42,265 nucleotides of DNA from Octopus bimaculoides (Eukaryota), in assembly GCF_001194135.2 (NCBI RefSeq), contig NC_068987.1, positions 84,630,030-84,672,294 of the forward strand. The letters are read 5' to 3'. This document shows, in pieces, positions 21,433 to 33,492 of the stretch; the stretch's first letter is position 1, and each line of letters begins with the position of its first letter. The notes beneath the pieces are model-generated. The model saw nothing but the letters and a program-made list of their open reading frames with translations, was not told the DNA's origin and ran no database searches. The position numbers and the translations under genes are program-made.

Positions 21433-23098
21433 CACTAGTCTGTCAATGCATTGACTGTAGAAATCACCGGATATTGATTCGAAGACCCAGATAACATTAG
21501 AAAGAAACGAACGTATTTATCTGACAACCCAGTGGCAGTAGCGGCTGAGCGATAAATTATAGCGTATGGTCCTCAGTTAGACGATCATAAGGTGGCACCA
21601 AGAGACTCAAGCAACAGCATAAATATCAATCAGAGTTTGAAGATTATTTCTGATCTGTTGTTATTTAAATCTAATAACCACAAATGACTTATATATCTGA
21701 AACTTCCAAATATATCGTATGTTTGTTTTTTCTTTTTATATTTTTAGCTGTAGCACTGACCATAATCATGCTTGCTATATATGAGTTCAGTGAACGCTTA
21801 ACTACCCTATACCTCTTGTAGTTATTCTTCCACGAAATTACTTTCCATTTTAACATTTCACCCGCCGGAACGTTACTTCAAAAGCTACAATGAACATTAA
21901 TCAAGCTAACTTCACTTTATTATCCATCTGTCTCGAAAGGTGTGAAAAATTATTGGCACTGCACCATTGTAAGCAGACTGTCGAAATAAACACTCTTGCA
22001 ATGACAACAACTGCATGGCTAGCTAAAATATAGAAAACGCCTGCTACTACTGTTTCACTAAAATAAAGAAAATAGACAATAGCAAGGAAAATAGTGCAAA
22101 GTACGGCTGAATGTGACGCTAAACAATTACTGCGGAGATATAAATATAGAGAAGAAAGTGAAGGTCAATGAGGATAGAGGTAATTGCAGACTAAGCAGGA
22201 GCATCTGCTTCAATAATGACCGCATCTGCTTCAATAATGACCGCATCAAACGGCAAATAAAATAACGTGGATGAGATAAACAACTTCGATAGATAACAGA
22301 AGCGATTTTCCTGGCGAAATTAGTTGGTGAAGAGGCGTTTTTCTTGACAGAAGAAGCTTTCTATTTTTTCTTCCTTTTAACAAATAAGGATTCAAGAAGA
22401 AAGCTACATTAGCTGTGTATGCCAACATTATTTTTCTTGCCAATTAAACCTACTGTAAGCAGTTTGAGAAATATTAAGAGTCTATAAAAATATCAATTAA
22501 TAGGGATTAACGCTATACCATTCATGTTACCTAAAGGCAGAAGTTTTGGACAATAACAACTTAGTGATAGTCGGAAAGAACGAGTTCATATATTTTCTAT
22601 GTAAGGACATAAGTGGAATTATAAACATTCAATAGTTATAATATTTTTTAATAAGGGAAAAAATGCTGCATTTTTGGTTTTGAGAAACAGAATGTTTTTT
22701 ACAAATATTCAGTACCTTACAAAAATTATTTCCTAAGCGAATGACCTTCTTTAAATGCATAAAAATCGCAACAATATATTCAGAACTCTATTTCAAAAAA
22801 TTATCTCCGTTATATTTGAGCATATGAATGACAAATTTTAGCTGGGGCAAAATGAGTAATAAGAAGCAAATTTGCCTCTTCAATTTCCAAGAATAACATT
22901 TGAAAATAGACTCATAGTCATCGATATCCATCCTTCGTCATCAGAAAGTCAATAATTCAACCAATATTTAAATAGGTCGAATGAAAGAGGATCAGGGGAA
23001 AATAGCACACGATACGGAATTAACGAAATTCGGCGAAATCTAAAAATTCAACATAAAATATTCTTTAAAACTTCTTCGCGATCTGCAGAAGCGACTCT

Positions 23099-23512
23099 GT
23101 TACTCTTTTACTCTTTTACTCCTTTACTTGTTTCAGTCACTTAACTGCGGCCATGCTGCAGCACCGCCTTTAGTCGAGCAAATCGATCCCAGGACTTATT
23201 CTTTGTAAGCCTAGTACATATTCTATCGGTTTGTTTTGCCGAACGGCTATGTTACGGGGACGTAAACACACCAGCATCGGTTATCAAGCGATGCTGCGGG
23301 GACTAACACAGACACATATACACACATGCATATATATATACATATATACAACGGGCTTCTTTGAGTTTCCGTCTACCAAATCCACTCACAAGGCTTTGGT
23401 CGGCCCGAGGCTATAGTAGAAGACACTTGCCCAATGTGCAATGCAGTGGGAATGAACCTGGAACCATGTGATTGGTAAGCAAGCTACCTACCACACAGCC
23501 ACTCCTGCGCCT
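23099..23512 (-). mobile_element. SINE family B, full length
   Basis: Reverse complement of aggcgcaggagtggctgtgtggtaggtagcttgc...cctcgggccgaccaaagcc...(TA/TG)n...gactgaaacaagtaaaggagtaaaagagta. Confidence 0.93.
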
Positions 23513-25262
23513 CTTATATATAAAAAAAAATAATGAAATTAGATTTGTCCATTTTGCCCCAGTTCTGACATCATTTTTTGAAAATTGAGAATTATCGAAT
23601 TAGATATTAGTGTGGAAAGAAACTGACTTGAAATCGAAAAGGAGAAAAGAATATTAAATGTGTAAACACCAAAAACTAACCAGTTATTTTATTAGAAATC
23701 TTACTTAATATCGGGTCAAAGTTGATGTAAAATTTCTTGAAAATGGTACCTCTCACCTAACTATGTTACAAACGCACTGAAAATCAAGAATAACAACTAT
23801 GCTGACCCATTTTACTCCCAAACAGGATGCAACAGAATAAAATAATGCTGCAACACATGAAATGGAGTTATTCTTTCAGACGAGTTGAAAGAAAATAATG
23901 AGAAATCTGAAATTACTTATTTCGACTCTTACTGCAGAGAAGAAATATCGCTGTACTTAGTGGAAACAATCTAACAACATGCTAGAACTAAAACAGTAAC
24001 GTAACAGTAAATAACACACATACACACACACACACACACAAACACGGACGCACACACAAACGCACGCACGCGCACATGCACACAGACACTCACGCACACA
24101 GACATGCACGCACACAAACACACGCACACACAAGCACAAATACATTCTCGTACACACGTGAAGGTTACCCGCCCTCTTCCACACGCACATACATACTCTC
24201 TTATACATACGCACGCGCACCTTCGTTTTGGGATCACCACAACTTTATTATCTCCCCTTCTTCCTAGCACTCCTGTGTGACTCAGAATTGCATCAAACAG
24301 TCACTGAATTTTTGAAACAGCTGTAAACATTGATGGAGAACTGTACGTTCACCTTGCTAGTTTCTCATAATTAATATAATACTTTCAGTAAATGATGTAG
24401 TAGCTATAATGCCATGGATAGGTGACTGTTAATCGTTTATGTTTTTATTACATGCACCGTCTACACAGTTCTTACAGTCAGCTCTTGTTCCCAGGAAGTA
24501 TTTTTAACTCAGTAGGTTAAAAGTCTTGGGACCTACAAGCACTGATGCGATGATCACATACCATACACTTGTACGAGCGTCTCCTCGCGCATTCTATATA
24601 TATATATATATNNNNNNNNNNNNNNNNNNNNNNNNNNNNNNNNNNNNNNNNNNNNNTATATATATAAAATTAAGATTCAGTTGAATTAGGTACTTAAGTT
24701 GGAGTACCAAATCAGTCAGGAATTATCCGCACAGCTAGAAGTAAGGTGTACAAAATCAAATTAAGCAACAGGATATCAAGTAGTAATGCAGTACAACTGA
24801 TTCAAGCGGATCCATTTAATGGAACAATGCAATCATTACATTAATTTAAATGCAATGCTATCTTCAGCTGCACAAATGAATAAATGGAATCTTAACAAGT
24901 AGGATACATTAATATAATTCTTAACAGGGTAAGAAGATGGAAGAAATTCATGTTGTCGCTATTGCAGCTAGGAATAGACTACAACTTCTAAGAATCTCAT
25001 GGAGCATAGTGGGGTCATAAGGTCGTAAGTGTTGTAATTCATTTCTAATTCATTTATCTCTTTTTTATCAACAACTAAATCTAAGACTAGAAGACTGTGT
25101 CTCTTTTAAATAAAGGACAATAATAGTTGACAACTCATGGCCAGGTATGGTCATAAGTATTATCATATGCATTCTCTTTCTCCAGACAGGAAATAGGACA
25201 TTAGCAACCGTCAGGTGTATATAGTTAACTGCCTATAAAAAGAGACAGGCTAGGGGTAGACT

Positions 25263-25525
25263 TTAAATCATGATGTTAATTATCAGTTAAAGGGGCAAGA
25301 AACTAAGAAACCTAAGATGTTAATACAGAGGAAATTTTATTTGGAGGTATATGGGGGGAATGTTTATATACGAAATTGTTATGTTGTATATTATTTATAT
25401 ACAACATAACAATTTCGTATATAAACATTCCCCCCATAGACCTCCAAATAAAATTTCCTCTGTATTAACATCTTAGGTTTCTTAGTTTCTTGCCCCTTTA
25501 ACTGATAATTAACATCATGATTTAA
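25263..25525. repeat. Near-perfect palindrome: 129-bp arms, 5-nt loop
   Basis: 25263-25391 is the reverse complement of 25397-25525 with one mismatch (25349 A vs 25439 G). Loop tattt. Confidence 0.95.
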
Positions 25526-26006
25526 GAATCCCAAAAATGATATCATAACCAAATTTGGTAAAAGATGTGTATATATCAATTATAAACATTAAAAAGGAAG
25601 AGAGTGATGGAAGAAGGGAAGGGAAGAGAGAGAGAGAGAGAGAGAGTTGAATAAGAAGGAAAAAGCAGATTACTTAGATATAGAAAGCCCGCCTTTCCTA
25701 CCGAATTGTATGCGTTGGAAAATAACCAAGGCCAGCCTCTGCAGAGAGACAAATAACACGATTGGTAATAACCTTCATAAAATGGTGCACTATAAAATAT
25801 CCTGAGATATTTTGATAGAGATTTCACCATTGATCTATAATTTACTACAAGCTATTCCTGATGGCCAATCAAAAATATTCAATATAGAACGTCAAGTCAT
25901 GTGCATAGGCATCGATATTAAACATTAGTTAATTCGATCATATCCGTCTGTGAAATACACATACACATGCATACACACACATATGCATATAAATTATATA
26001 TATATG

Positions 26007-26037
<31 letters not shown>

Positions 26038-26816
26038 NNNNNNNNNNNNNNNNNNNNNNNNNNNNNNNNNNNNNNNNNNNNNNNNNNNNNNNNNNNNNNN
26101 NNNNNNNNNNNNNNNNNNNNNNNNNNNNNNNNNNNNNNNNNNNNNNNNNNNNNNNNNNNNNNNNNNNNNNNNNNNNNNNNNNNNNNNNNNNNNNNNNNNN
26201 NNNNNNNNNNNNNNNNNNNNNNNNNNNNNNNNNNNNNNNNNNNNNNNNNNNNNNNNNNNNNNNNNNNNNNNNNNNNNNNNNNNNNNNNNNNNNNNNNNNN
26301 NNNNNNNNNNNNNNNNNNNNNNNNNNNNNNNNNNNNNNNNNNNNNNNNNNNNNNNNNNNNNNNNNNNNNNNNNNNNNNNNNNNNNNNNNNNNNNNNNNNN
26401 NNNNNNNNNNNNNNNNNNNNNNNNNNNNNNNNNNNNNNNNNNNNNNNNNNNNNNNNNNNNNNNNNNNNNNNNNNNNNNNNNNNNNNNNNNNNNNNNNNNN
26501 NNNNNNNNNNNNNNNNNNNNNNNNNNNNNNNNNNNNNNNNNNNNNNNNNNNNNNNNNNNNNNNNNNNNNNNNNNNNNNNNNNNNNNNNNNNNNNNNNNNN
26601 NNNNNNNNNNNNNNNNNNNNNNNNNNNNNNNNNNNNNNNNNNNNNNNNNNNNNNNNNNNNNNNNNNNNNNNNNNNNNNNNNNNNNNNNNNNNNNNNNNNN
26701 NNNNNNNNNNNNNNNNNNNNNNNNNNNNNNNNNNNNNNNNNNNNNNNNNNNNNNNNNNNNNNNNNNNNNNNNNNNNNNNNNNNNNNNNNNNNNNNNNNNN
26801 NNNNNNNNNNNNNNNN

Positions 26817-26870
<54 letters not shown>

Positions 26871-27539
26871 TGTGCGGTCTACGTGGCTATTCAAACTTTC
26901 GATGCCATAGATGAATATACTGCTGGGGTTAAGTGTTAAATAGTTTTTACTATGAAAACATTTCTGCGCATTGTATGTTTGTCATTATACATGTGTGTCC
27001 ACGTGCACGCGAAAGTGTGTATGTATGTGTGAATGAATGCATTTATGTAGGTATGTATGTACGTATGTACGTATGCATACATGTATGTATGTATGTATGT
27101 ATGTATGTATGTATGTATGCATGTATGCATGCATGCATGTATGTATGTATGTATGTATGTATGTAAGGTAAGTATGTAAACTCTCTTCTGGATACATTCT
27201 TAAAATATCTTAAACTGACACAAACAGATAGCCTGGATGTTACAAAGTGCTTGGAAATTTTTATGACATCTTACAATTAGCCAGAGACACATACATGCAA
27301 ATACAGTCACAAAAGCACAGAGCTACACACACATATGAATATTTTGTTAGAAAACAAAACTGACGCAATTAGAAATTCAAAAAATATAGGTTCACAACGA
27401 ACTTAAATATTTCTTGAAATTTTTCAACACTTTCCAAACCGGTTTCACATCTGATGGGATACTCATACATAGAGCACAGTTAATAATGAGTTTTTCTTAA
27501 TGTTTATCACAACATCGACAGGGTACGGATCTTGTTTTT

Positions 27540-27766
27540 GATTTGGTGCAATGGGAAAGATTGATATTCGTGAATTTTCTTCACTCCACAAAAGTTGAAA
27601 GGTCGCAGGTCGGTGTAAGTCGATTACATCGACCCCAATGTTCAAATAATACTTGTCTTATCGACCCGGAACGGATGAAAAGCAAAATCAATCTTTGCGG
27701 ATTTGAACTTATGATGTAAAGACGGATGAAATACCGCTAAGCATTTTTCTCGGCGTGCAAACATTT
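27540..27766 (-). mobile_element. SINE family A, degenerate
   Basis: gtcgattacatcgacccca...ttatcgacccggaacggatgaaaagcaaa...tttgaact...gaaataccgctaagcattt. Confidence 0.85.
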
Positions 27767-28689
27767 TTCAAAAACAGTGTATGCGCAAGTATATACACAC
27801 ATTATGATATTAGTTGTCGAATCATTTTGTTTAATTTTTACTCAATGGTACAGACTGGGAGATGTCCTACTTCCTACATTTAAGCTATGATCCCTAAATT
27901 ATAGAGATTGACATTGCCACTCATTTCTTTGTCATATATTAATAAAATGATAGAAGTATTATTCTATGATGATGCATTTTGTCTACTCCTTTGTCTACTC
28001 CTTAAAATTCGCTTCGCACCTAAGAAAACTTTATAAAGCCGTCTGGTGGCATAAAAATTCGTTCAGTATTGCCATATATTTTATTCATAATATAAAATAG
28101 TATTTTAACTCTTAGATTTATAACGCTAGTGAATTTTTAATTGAACTGTGAAAATAACAACAGCTTTGATATATGATCGGATATTATACTAAACCTAAAA
28201 GAGAGAAATTGCATTATTATTTTATGACGAAATCACCATAATAATTGGCTTTTAACGAACCACGATGAAAAGAATTATGAGTGACGTAATGACAATCTAT
28301 ACTACCTCTCTTGATGTATGACTCTCTTGGTGATAATTTCCAACTAATACCGATCCACAGGAGATGTATTATCATTTAATAAACAGGAGATGTATTATCA
28401 TTTAATAAACGTTTCCCGAAAAAGCCTTTATTAAAGCTGGTCTTCTGAGTCAATTTTTTAGGCTGGATTTTCCAGAAAAATTATTAAAGCAAGAAATTAA
28501 AATACCTTAGAAACAGATAATTGTATTTAATGTGTATTTTTTTCCTTTTTAAAATATTATGGTCCTTAATGTAATGCATCGGATATTGACTATATATAAT
28601 ATTTATATTTTTGAGACGTTAGTGTCTTAGCAAAATATTTTGTTCGAAATTTCTGTCGTAGAATATAAAGTTATACCATTATCGCCATC

Positions 28690-28860
28690 ACAGAATTGTC
28701 GAGCAAAATGCTTGGCAGCAATTCACTTTGACTTAACGTTCTGAGTTCAAATTCTGCTGAGGTCCAGCTTGCTTTCCATATTTTCAGGGTAATTAAATAC
28801 GTTCCACTTAAGCACAGTCCGACAATTATTGGTACACCTTTTTCATCGACCACAACTGTT
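28690..28860 (+). mobile_element. SINE family A, highly degenerate
   Basis: gtcgagcaaaatgctt...aacgttctgagttcaaattctgctgaggtc...gctttccat. Confidence 0.65.
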
Positions 28861-28894
28861 TAACCTCTCAAGCTAACCTGTCATACCTTTGCGC

Positions 28895-29968
28895 TTTAGA
28901 AATTTATAGACGATTAGTGGCGGGGAAGTTCAATGACGTTCTAGGGGAGACTCTGGGTGCCGACGAGAACAAACTGGTTAGTCTGTTGTGGAGGACTTTC
29001 TTGTCAGGAACTACCATGGATGATTTCCAAATGTTCTTAGCCTGACAGTGCTTACGGGTGGCACTACCGGTTCACGATATGTCGGGTCGAGAGTGACGAA
29101 ACCTTTCCACACGCCCTCGTTCAGTGTCCAGGCATTGTTGACTTGTGGGATTATGTTGAACAGCTGCCGTCACGTGTGGGACGGATTCGGCTGACGGCCG
29201 AGTCTATAGTGATGGTCGCACCGCCGCCCACTATCAATCGGGCAGGCAAGGCAGTTTTCCTTTGCCTGATGGTTATGGTGAAAGAGGCTGAAAGGAATGA
29301 GGACAGGTACATTCCTCTTTGGTAGAGCTCCCATTGACTTCTTGAAGTTTCGCTTGAAAAGGAAATTGAGAGTGGAGAGGGAAGGGCTGTCCTTGAGTGA
29401 ATTTACCGAAAGGTAAGTGAAAGTTACGGAAATGGCAAGAGTGGATGGTACCTCTCTAAGTGTAGAGATTTGAGTCGGATTTGGTGTTTCAGAGAAATCT
29501 CGGACGGTGGGGTTCCTCGATCATCACTTGATGCCTTCCTGTATCAGGAGGCATCCTCCCAGCCACATATTTTTAATCATTGTGTTTGTAATGCATATGT
29601 CCCTTCCTTTTCAGTGTATATCGTGTATACCTACTTCCTTTCATTTTTTTATCATTTCATTACAGTATTCCCTCGCCATATCACGTTTCAACTATCGTGG
29701 TTTAATATTTAAGCTTACGTCGTTTCCTTTGTGATGTTTTTTTTTTAAATTCATAATAAAATAAATATATACAAATTATAAAGATAATAAAAATATATAC
29801 AGTACACTACAGATTCTACTTCGCGGATTTTCACCTATCGCAGGGTGTTTTGGAACGTAGCACCCACGATAGTCAAAGGATTACTGTATATGTAAATCCC
29901 CACACCTCATGTCTGTTTTAGTATTGTCCCTCTCATCCTTCGCCCTTGTGGCAAATAAATGAAATAAT
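28895..29968 (+). mobile_element. L1/Tx1-clade LINE, 5'-truncated 3' end of ORF2 plus 3'UTR
   Basis: Translation ...DFQMFLA*QCLRVALPVHD...CRVESDETFPHALVQCPGIVDLWDYVE... (degenerate ORF2 C-terminal Cys-His knuckle) and LKFRLKRKLRVERE. 3' end tgtccctctc...gcccttgtggcaaataaatgaaataa at about 29925-29968. Confidence 0.8.
29663..29886. mobile_element. Pogo/Tigger-like MITE nested in the Tx1 3'UTR
   Basis: Imperfect TIRs CAGTATTCCCTCGCCATATC / GATAGTCAAAGGATTACTG with TA on both sides (29661-62, 29887-88). Confidence 0.75.
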
Positions 29969-30039
29969 CATTAATATTATTGGTGATAGTGTTCGTGGTG
30001 GTGGTGGTGATGGCGGTGGTGATGAGATGAGTTGTTTTT

Positions 30040-30610
30040 ATTCATATTATTTCTACTTCCCTTTCTTCTCTTGAGATATCTTTAACACTTCTCATCTTCT
30101 TCTGACAGCTTAGATCTGCATCACTTTTCTCAACACATGAACTGTTCCGAGTATTGCTGCTAACTGAGTATTTCCTATGAAGTTTTGGTATTAGCAGCTT
30201 TTTGTGCCAGAATATTTCTTTGTTTGAGATGGTCCCAAACGTGCGAATCATGATAGGGATCACACTCACTTCTGAGGGATTATGGATTCGTGTTACTTCC
30301 AATACTAGATTTTGCTACTTCTCGACCTTCTCGTTCTCTCTCTTCATAATATTCTGGTCTGCAGGTTTAGCTACGTTGATTAAGGTCCGTTCTTCAAATT
30401 CCTTCTGGTCGGTTATATTGCAGCTTCTTATCTGCGTAGATTGCTTCGTCAGCTGGATTTGTAACATCAATCAGAAGAGAAGTGCTTTCAATATATTTTT
30501 TCACCTCGAGATCTGGTCAGTTAGCGTATATTTCCAGATCAGACTGAACTCTGAAATTCCAAGTAAAGATAATCTCGACGTTCTGGGCAAAATGTGGTGG
30601 ATTTTGTTCC
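30040..30610 (-). mobile_element. RLE-type (R4/Dong- or NeSL-like) non-LTR retrotransposon 3' fragments
   Basis: Minus strand FTWNFRVQSDLEIYAN*PDL...LLIDVTNPAD, then NRPE...LINVAKPADQNIMKRENEKVEK*QNL...SVIPIMIRTFGTI. These are PD-(D/E)xK restriction-like endonuclease motifs. Confidence 0.75.
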
Positions 30611-30629
30611 CACCAATTGTGTTTGTGAG

Positions 30630-30692
30630 AGAAGTAATCGACTATCCCCCTCCCCACAAATTCCCGGCCTTGTGCCTATTGTAGAAAGCATT
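30630..30692 (+). mobile_element. SINE family A tail fragment
   Basis: gtaatcgactatccccctccccacaaattcccggccttgtgcctattgtagaaag. Confidence 0.7.
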
Positions 30693-30699
30693 ATCATAA

Positions 30700-30828
30700 C
30701 TGTTATTAGTATTATTATTATTAGTGTTGTTGTTGTGGTTGTTATTGTCGTGTTTGTTTTTGTTGTTCTTGTCCTTGATGTTCTTGTGAACTACTAATAC
30801 CATTGCTACCATGCTGCTGCTGCTGCTG

Positions 30829-30898
<70 letters not shown>

Positions 30899-30912
30899 TA
30901 ATAATAATAATA
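30700..30912. repeat. Compound trinucleotide microsatellite (TAT/TGT/GCT/ACT/AAT)
   Basis: Directly visible graded series gct>act>aat. Confidence 0.93.
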
Positions 30913-32049
30913 CTTGTACTACTACTGTTATTTTTGTGATTGTGTCTTTATAATGTCAAATTAATTTTTGTCTTTCTGACAGAATGTTCCAATACGATTC
31001 ATTTATCGATTTCCATGCATTGACACAAGTAGAGAAAATTAAAAATTAAACTCGAAAACAAATAATTCACATTGATTTCATTATTATGTTTATTTTTATT
31101 TCTATTTTTGTTAATGAATACAATAGATTTCTACATTCCTTCTGTGTGATTGCATCGGAATAAATTTTCTTTAGATTTTAGAACATCTTAGCAAACGTAT
31201 GATTCTACATGTGTAACGTCAACTGTTTCTTAAATCTTAAAAGATTACATCATTTTTTTCAGTATTTTCTAACATCAGTTTTATTGTTTACGTTTAAAGA
31301 AGGAAAAAAAACACAATACGATAATCTGGAAATGTAAAAGATATAAAGAAGATATAAATCAGAATTTTAACGATTTATTATTACCAATTCTCTTATTTCC
31401 TTCAAAACTCTATGAATTTCTTTTCTATGGCTGATACTTGTCGACATACATCAGAGTAGAAGGTGCACGTGTAATGTTTCGTTATTTCGATATTATACAA
31501 TTTTTATTCAATGTTCTAGTCGTATTATGCAATTGACACATTGGTTTTAAGTTCATAAGTATCGCAGAGATGTATTGATTTCCTACTTAGGCAAAAATAC
31601 AAATATTTAAGGATCTGATCCCATCGATTAAATCGACATAAACACATTATTTATACATATGGCCTTGATCTCATAAACATAAAATGAAAAGAATGTGGTT
31701 TATCTTGATAAGATTTGTGCTCTGCCGCTGGATATTCAAAGCTAAGCACCAAAGAAATGTATTAGTATTCGTGTGTGGTTCAGTGTAACCCCAAAGCACA
31801 TATACATACACACATAGACACAGACACACATGCACATTTATATACATATATAGACAGAGATGCATGTTTTATACATGTACATATATATACATATACATAC
31901 ATACACACGCACACACTCACACACACATACACACACAGAGAAACGCACACATATACATGTGTTCAGTGTGCGAAAAGCATTTGATAGTTTAATAAAGCTG
32001 TAATCTATCAAAAGTGTATTTTAATCAACATTTGTGTGCATTTTATCAA

Positions 32050-32480
32050 TAAGCTTACAATATTACTTCACGAATATGTCTCAGCTTCGTACGCTGTTTC
32101 ATTGTGGGACCGGAATCATTGAAATTCCTACACGGATTGGTCCTTATCCAATTCAGATATTAACTAGTCAATAGTAGCCTTCAATAAAGGTGTCGTATTT
32201 TGAGAATATCAATCTGCCTTTATTTTTGCAACACTCCAAACGCTGTAGTCCACAGAATGTAAATCTGCCGAGTATGGAAGCTACAAGTTTGGTGTTACAT
32301 GATCGTAAATATTGGCTTACATCCATTCTTGGATTGTGTGTGGCATTCATGAGAAGGTGCTGAGTTTACTGAAACTTGAATGGTCTTCCACTCCAGACAT
32401 CTGTCATAAACAATCCCTTGTACTTTTATAATTATCTCTATTCCCCAACATATCCAACAGCATTAACTCTCTGATCCTAT
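32050..32480 (-). mobile_element. Degenerate Tc1/mariner (maT-like) transposase C-terminal relic
   Basis: Minus strand ...DHVTPNL*LPYSADLHSVDYSVWSVA..., resembling the WPPxSPDLNPxDYxVW motif. Upstream ...NSAPSHE resembles QQDSAPxH. Confidence 0.6.
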
Positions 32481-32584
32481 GCTCGTATTTTATCATCTAT
32501 GAGGGTTCTGAACAAAATACAACATTTTAATTTGTTTGAGGAGAGAAATACACTACGAATTAAGTGTCCTCTGATACTCCTCGT

Positions 32585-32615
<31 letters not shown>

Positions 32616-32823
32616 NNNNNNNNNNNNNNNNNNNNNNNNNNNNNNNNNNNNNNNNNNNNNNNNNNNNNNNAGATATATATACATGTATATATGCAATAAA
32701 CGCTTACTAGAATAGTCAATTTCGAAATGCAATGATACTAAATTATAGCATATAGTGGTTAGTAGACACATATAACGCATATCTTATAATAATTCTGATT
32801 GATCGAACGTTACTTAGCCCTTC

Positions 32824-33120
32824 CGTAACGCTTTCACATGATTAGCTGAAGAGAAAGGCGAAGAGCGGGAGAGAAAAGGAGAGAGAAAAGATGGAGAGAA
32901 AAAACGGTGAGAGAAGCATCTATGACGTGAGATAGAGGGAACGTAATTGTAACGCTTTCACGTGATTGGTTGAAGGGAAAGAGAGAAGAAGAGGGAGAAA
33001 AAAAAAGAGAATAAGGCGAAGAGTGAGACAGAAAGAGATATAAAGAAAAAGAGTGAGAGAGAAAAGAAGGAGAAAGAAAAAAGGGAGAGAGAAGCTCCCA
33101 TGACGTGTTATAGGGGAAAC
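32824..33120 (+). repeat. Two diverged direct repeats with purine-rich cores, possibly inside a Helitron-like non-autonomous element
   Basis: gtaacgctttcac(a/g)tgatt(a/g)g(c/t)tgaag...(GA-rich)...gagagaagc..c.atgacgtg at about 32824-32930 and 32950-33107. Confidence 0.7.
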
Positions 33121-33460
33121 CTAATATCTATTACGTGGATAAAAAAGTAAGTTGAAATTAGTGATATAGAGAAGGTGAGTTAGAAATATAATATAAAATG
33201 AGGGGCGATGTTCTGATGGTGAGGTTTAATAAAGGCACACAGAGATGGGGAGAGACAGGGAGAGAGAGAGAGAGATGATGGTGGTGGTAGTGTTTGAGGT
33301 TGCGGTGGTGAGTGTATAGTGAAAATGTGTTTTTGTGTTTAAATGGAACTAAATTTTGTTTTACTACCGCCTATCATATAACGCATGGACATAGGTGCAA
33401 TACCGTGAGATATTCAAGCTTATTTGCGTGAAGATATACGCAATTATACTAAATGTTCGG

Positions 33461-33492
<32 letters not shown>

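Noticed and set aside
21748-22050. Exon after the strong acceptor at 21746-47
   Set aside because: All frames close within about 25 codons and no convincing donor follows. It could be UTR but is unsupported.
22842-23562. 13-bp inverted repeat ctggggcaaaatg / cattttgccccag around a SINE
   Set aside because: No TSD. A similar motif recurs near 23808, so these may be internal motifs of an old element. The boundaries cannot be supported.
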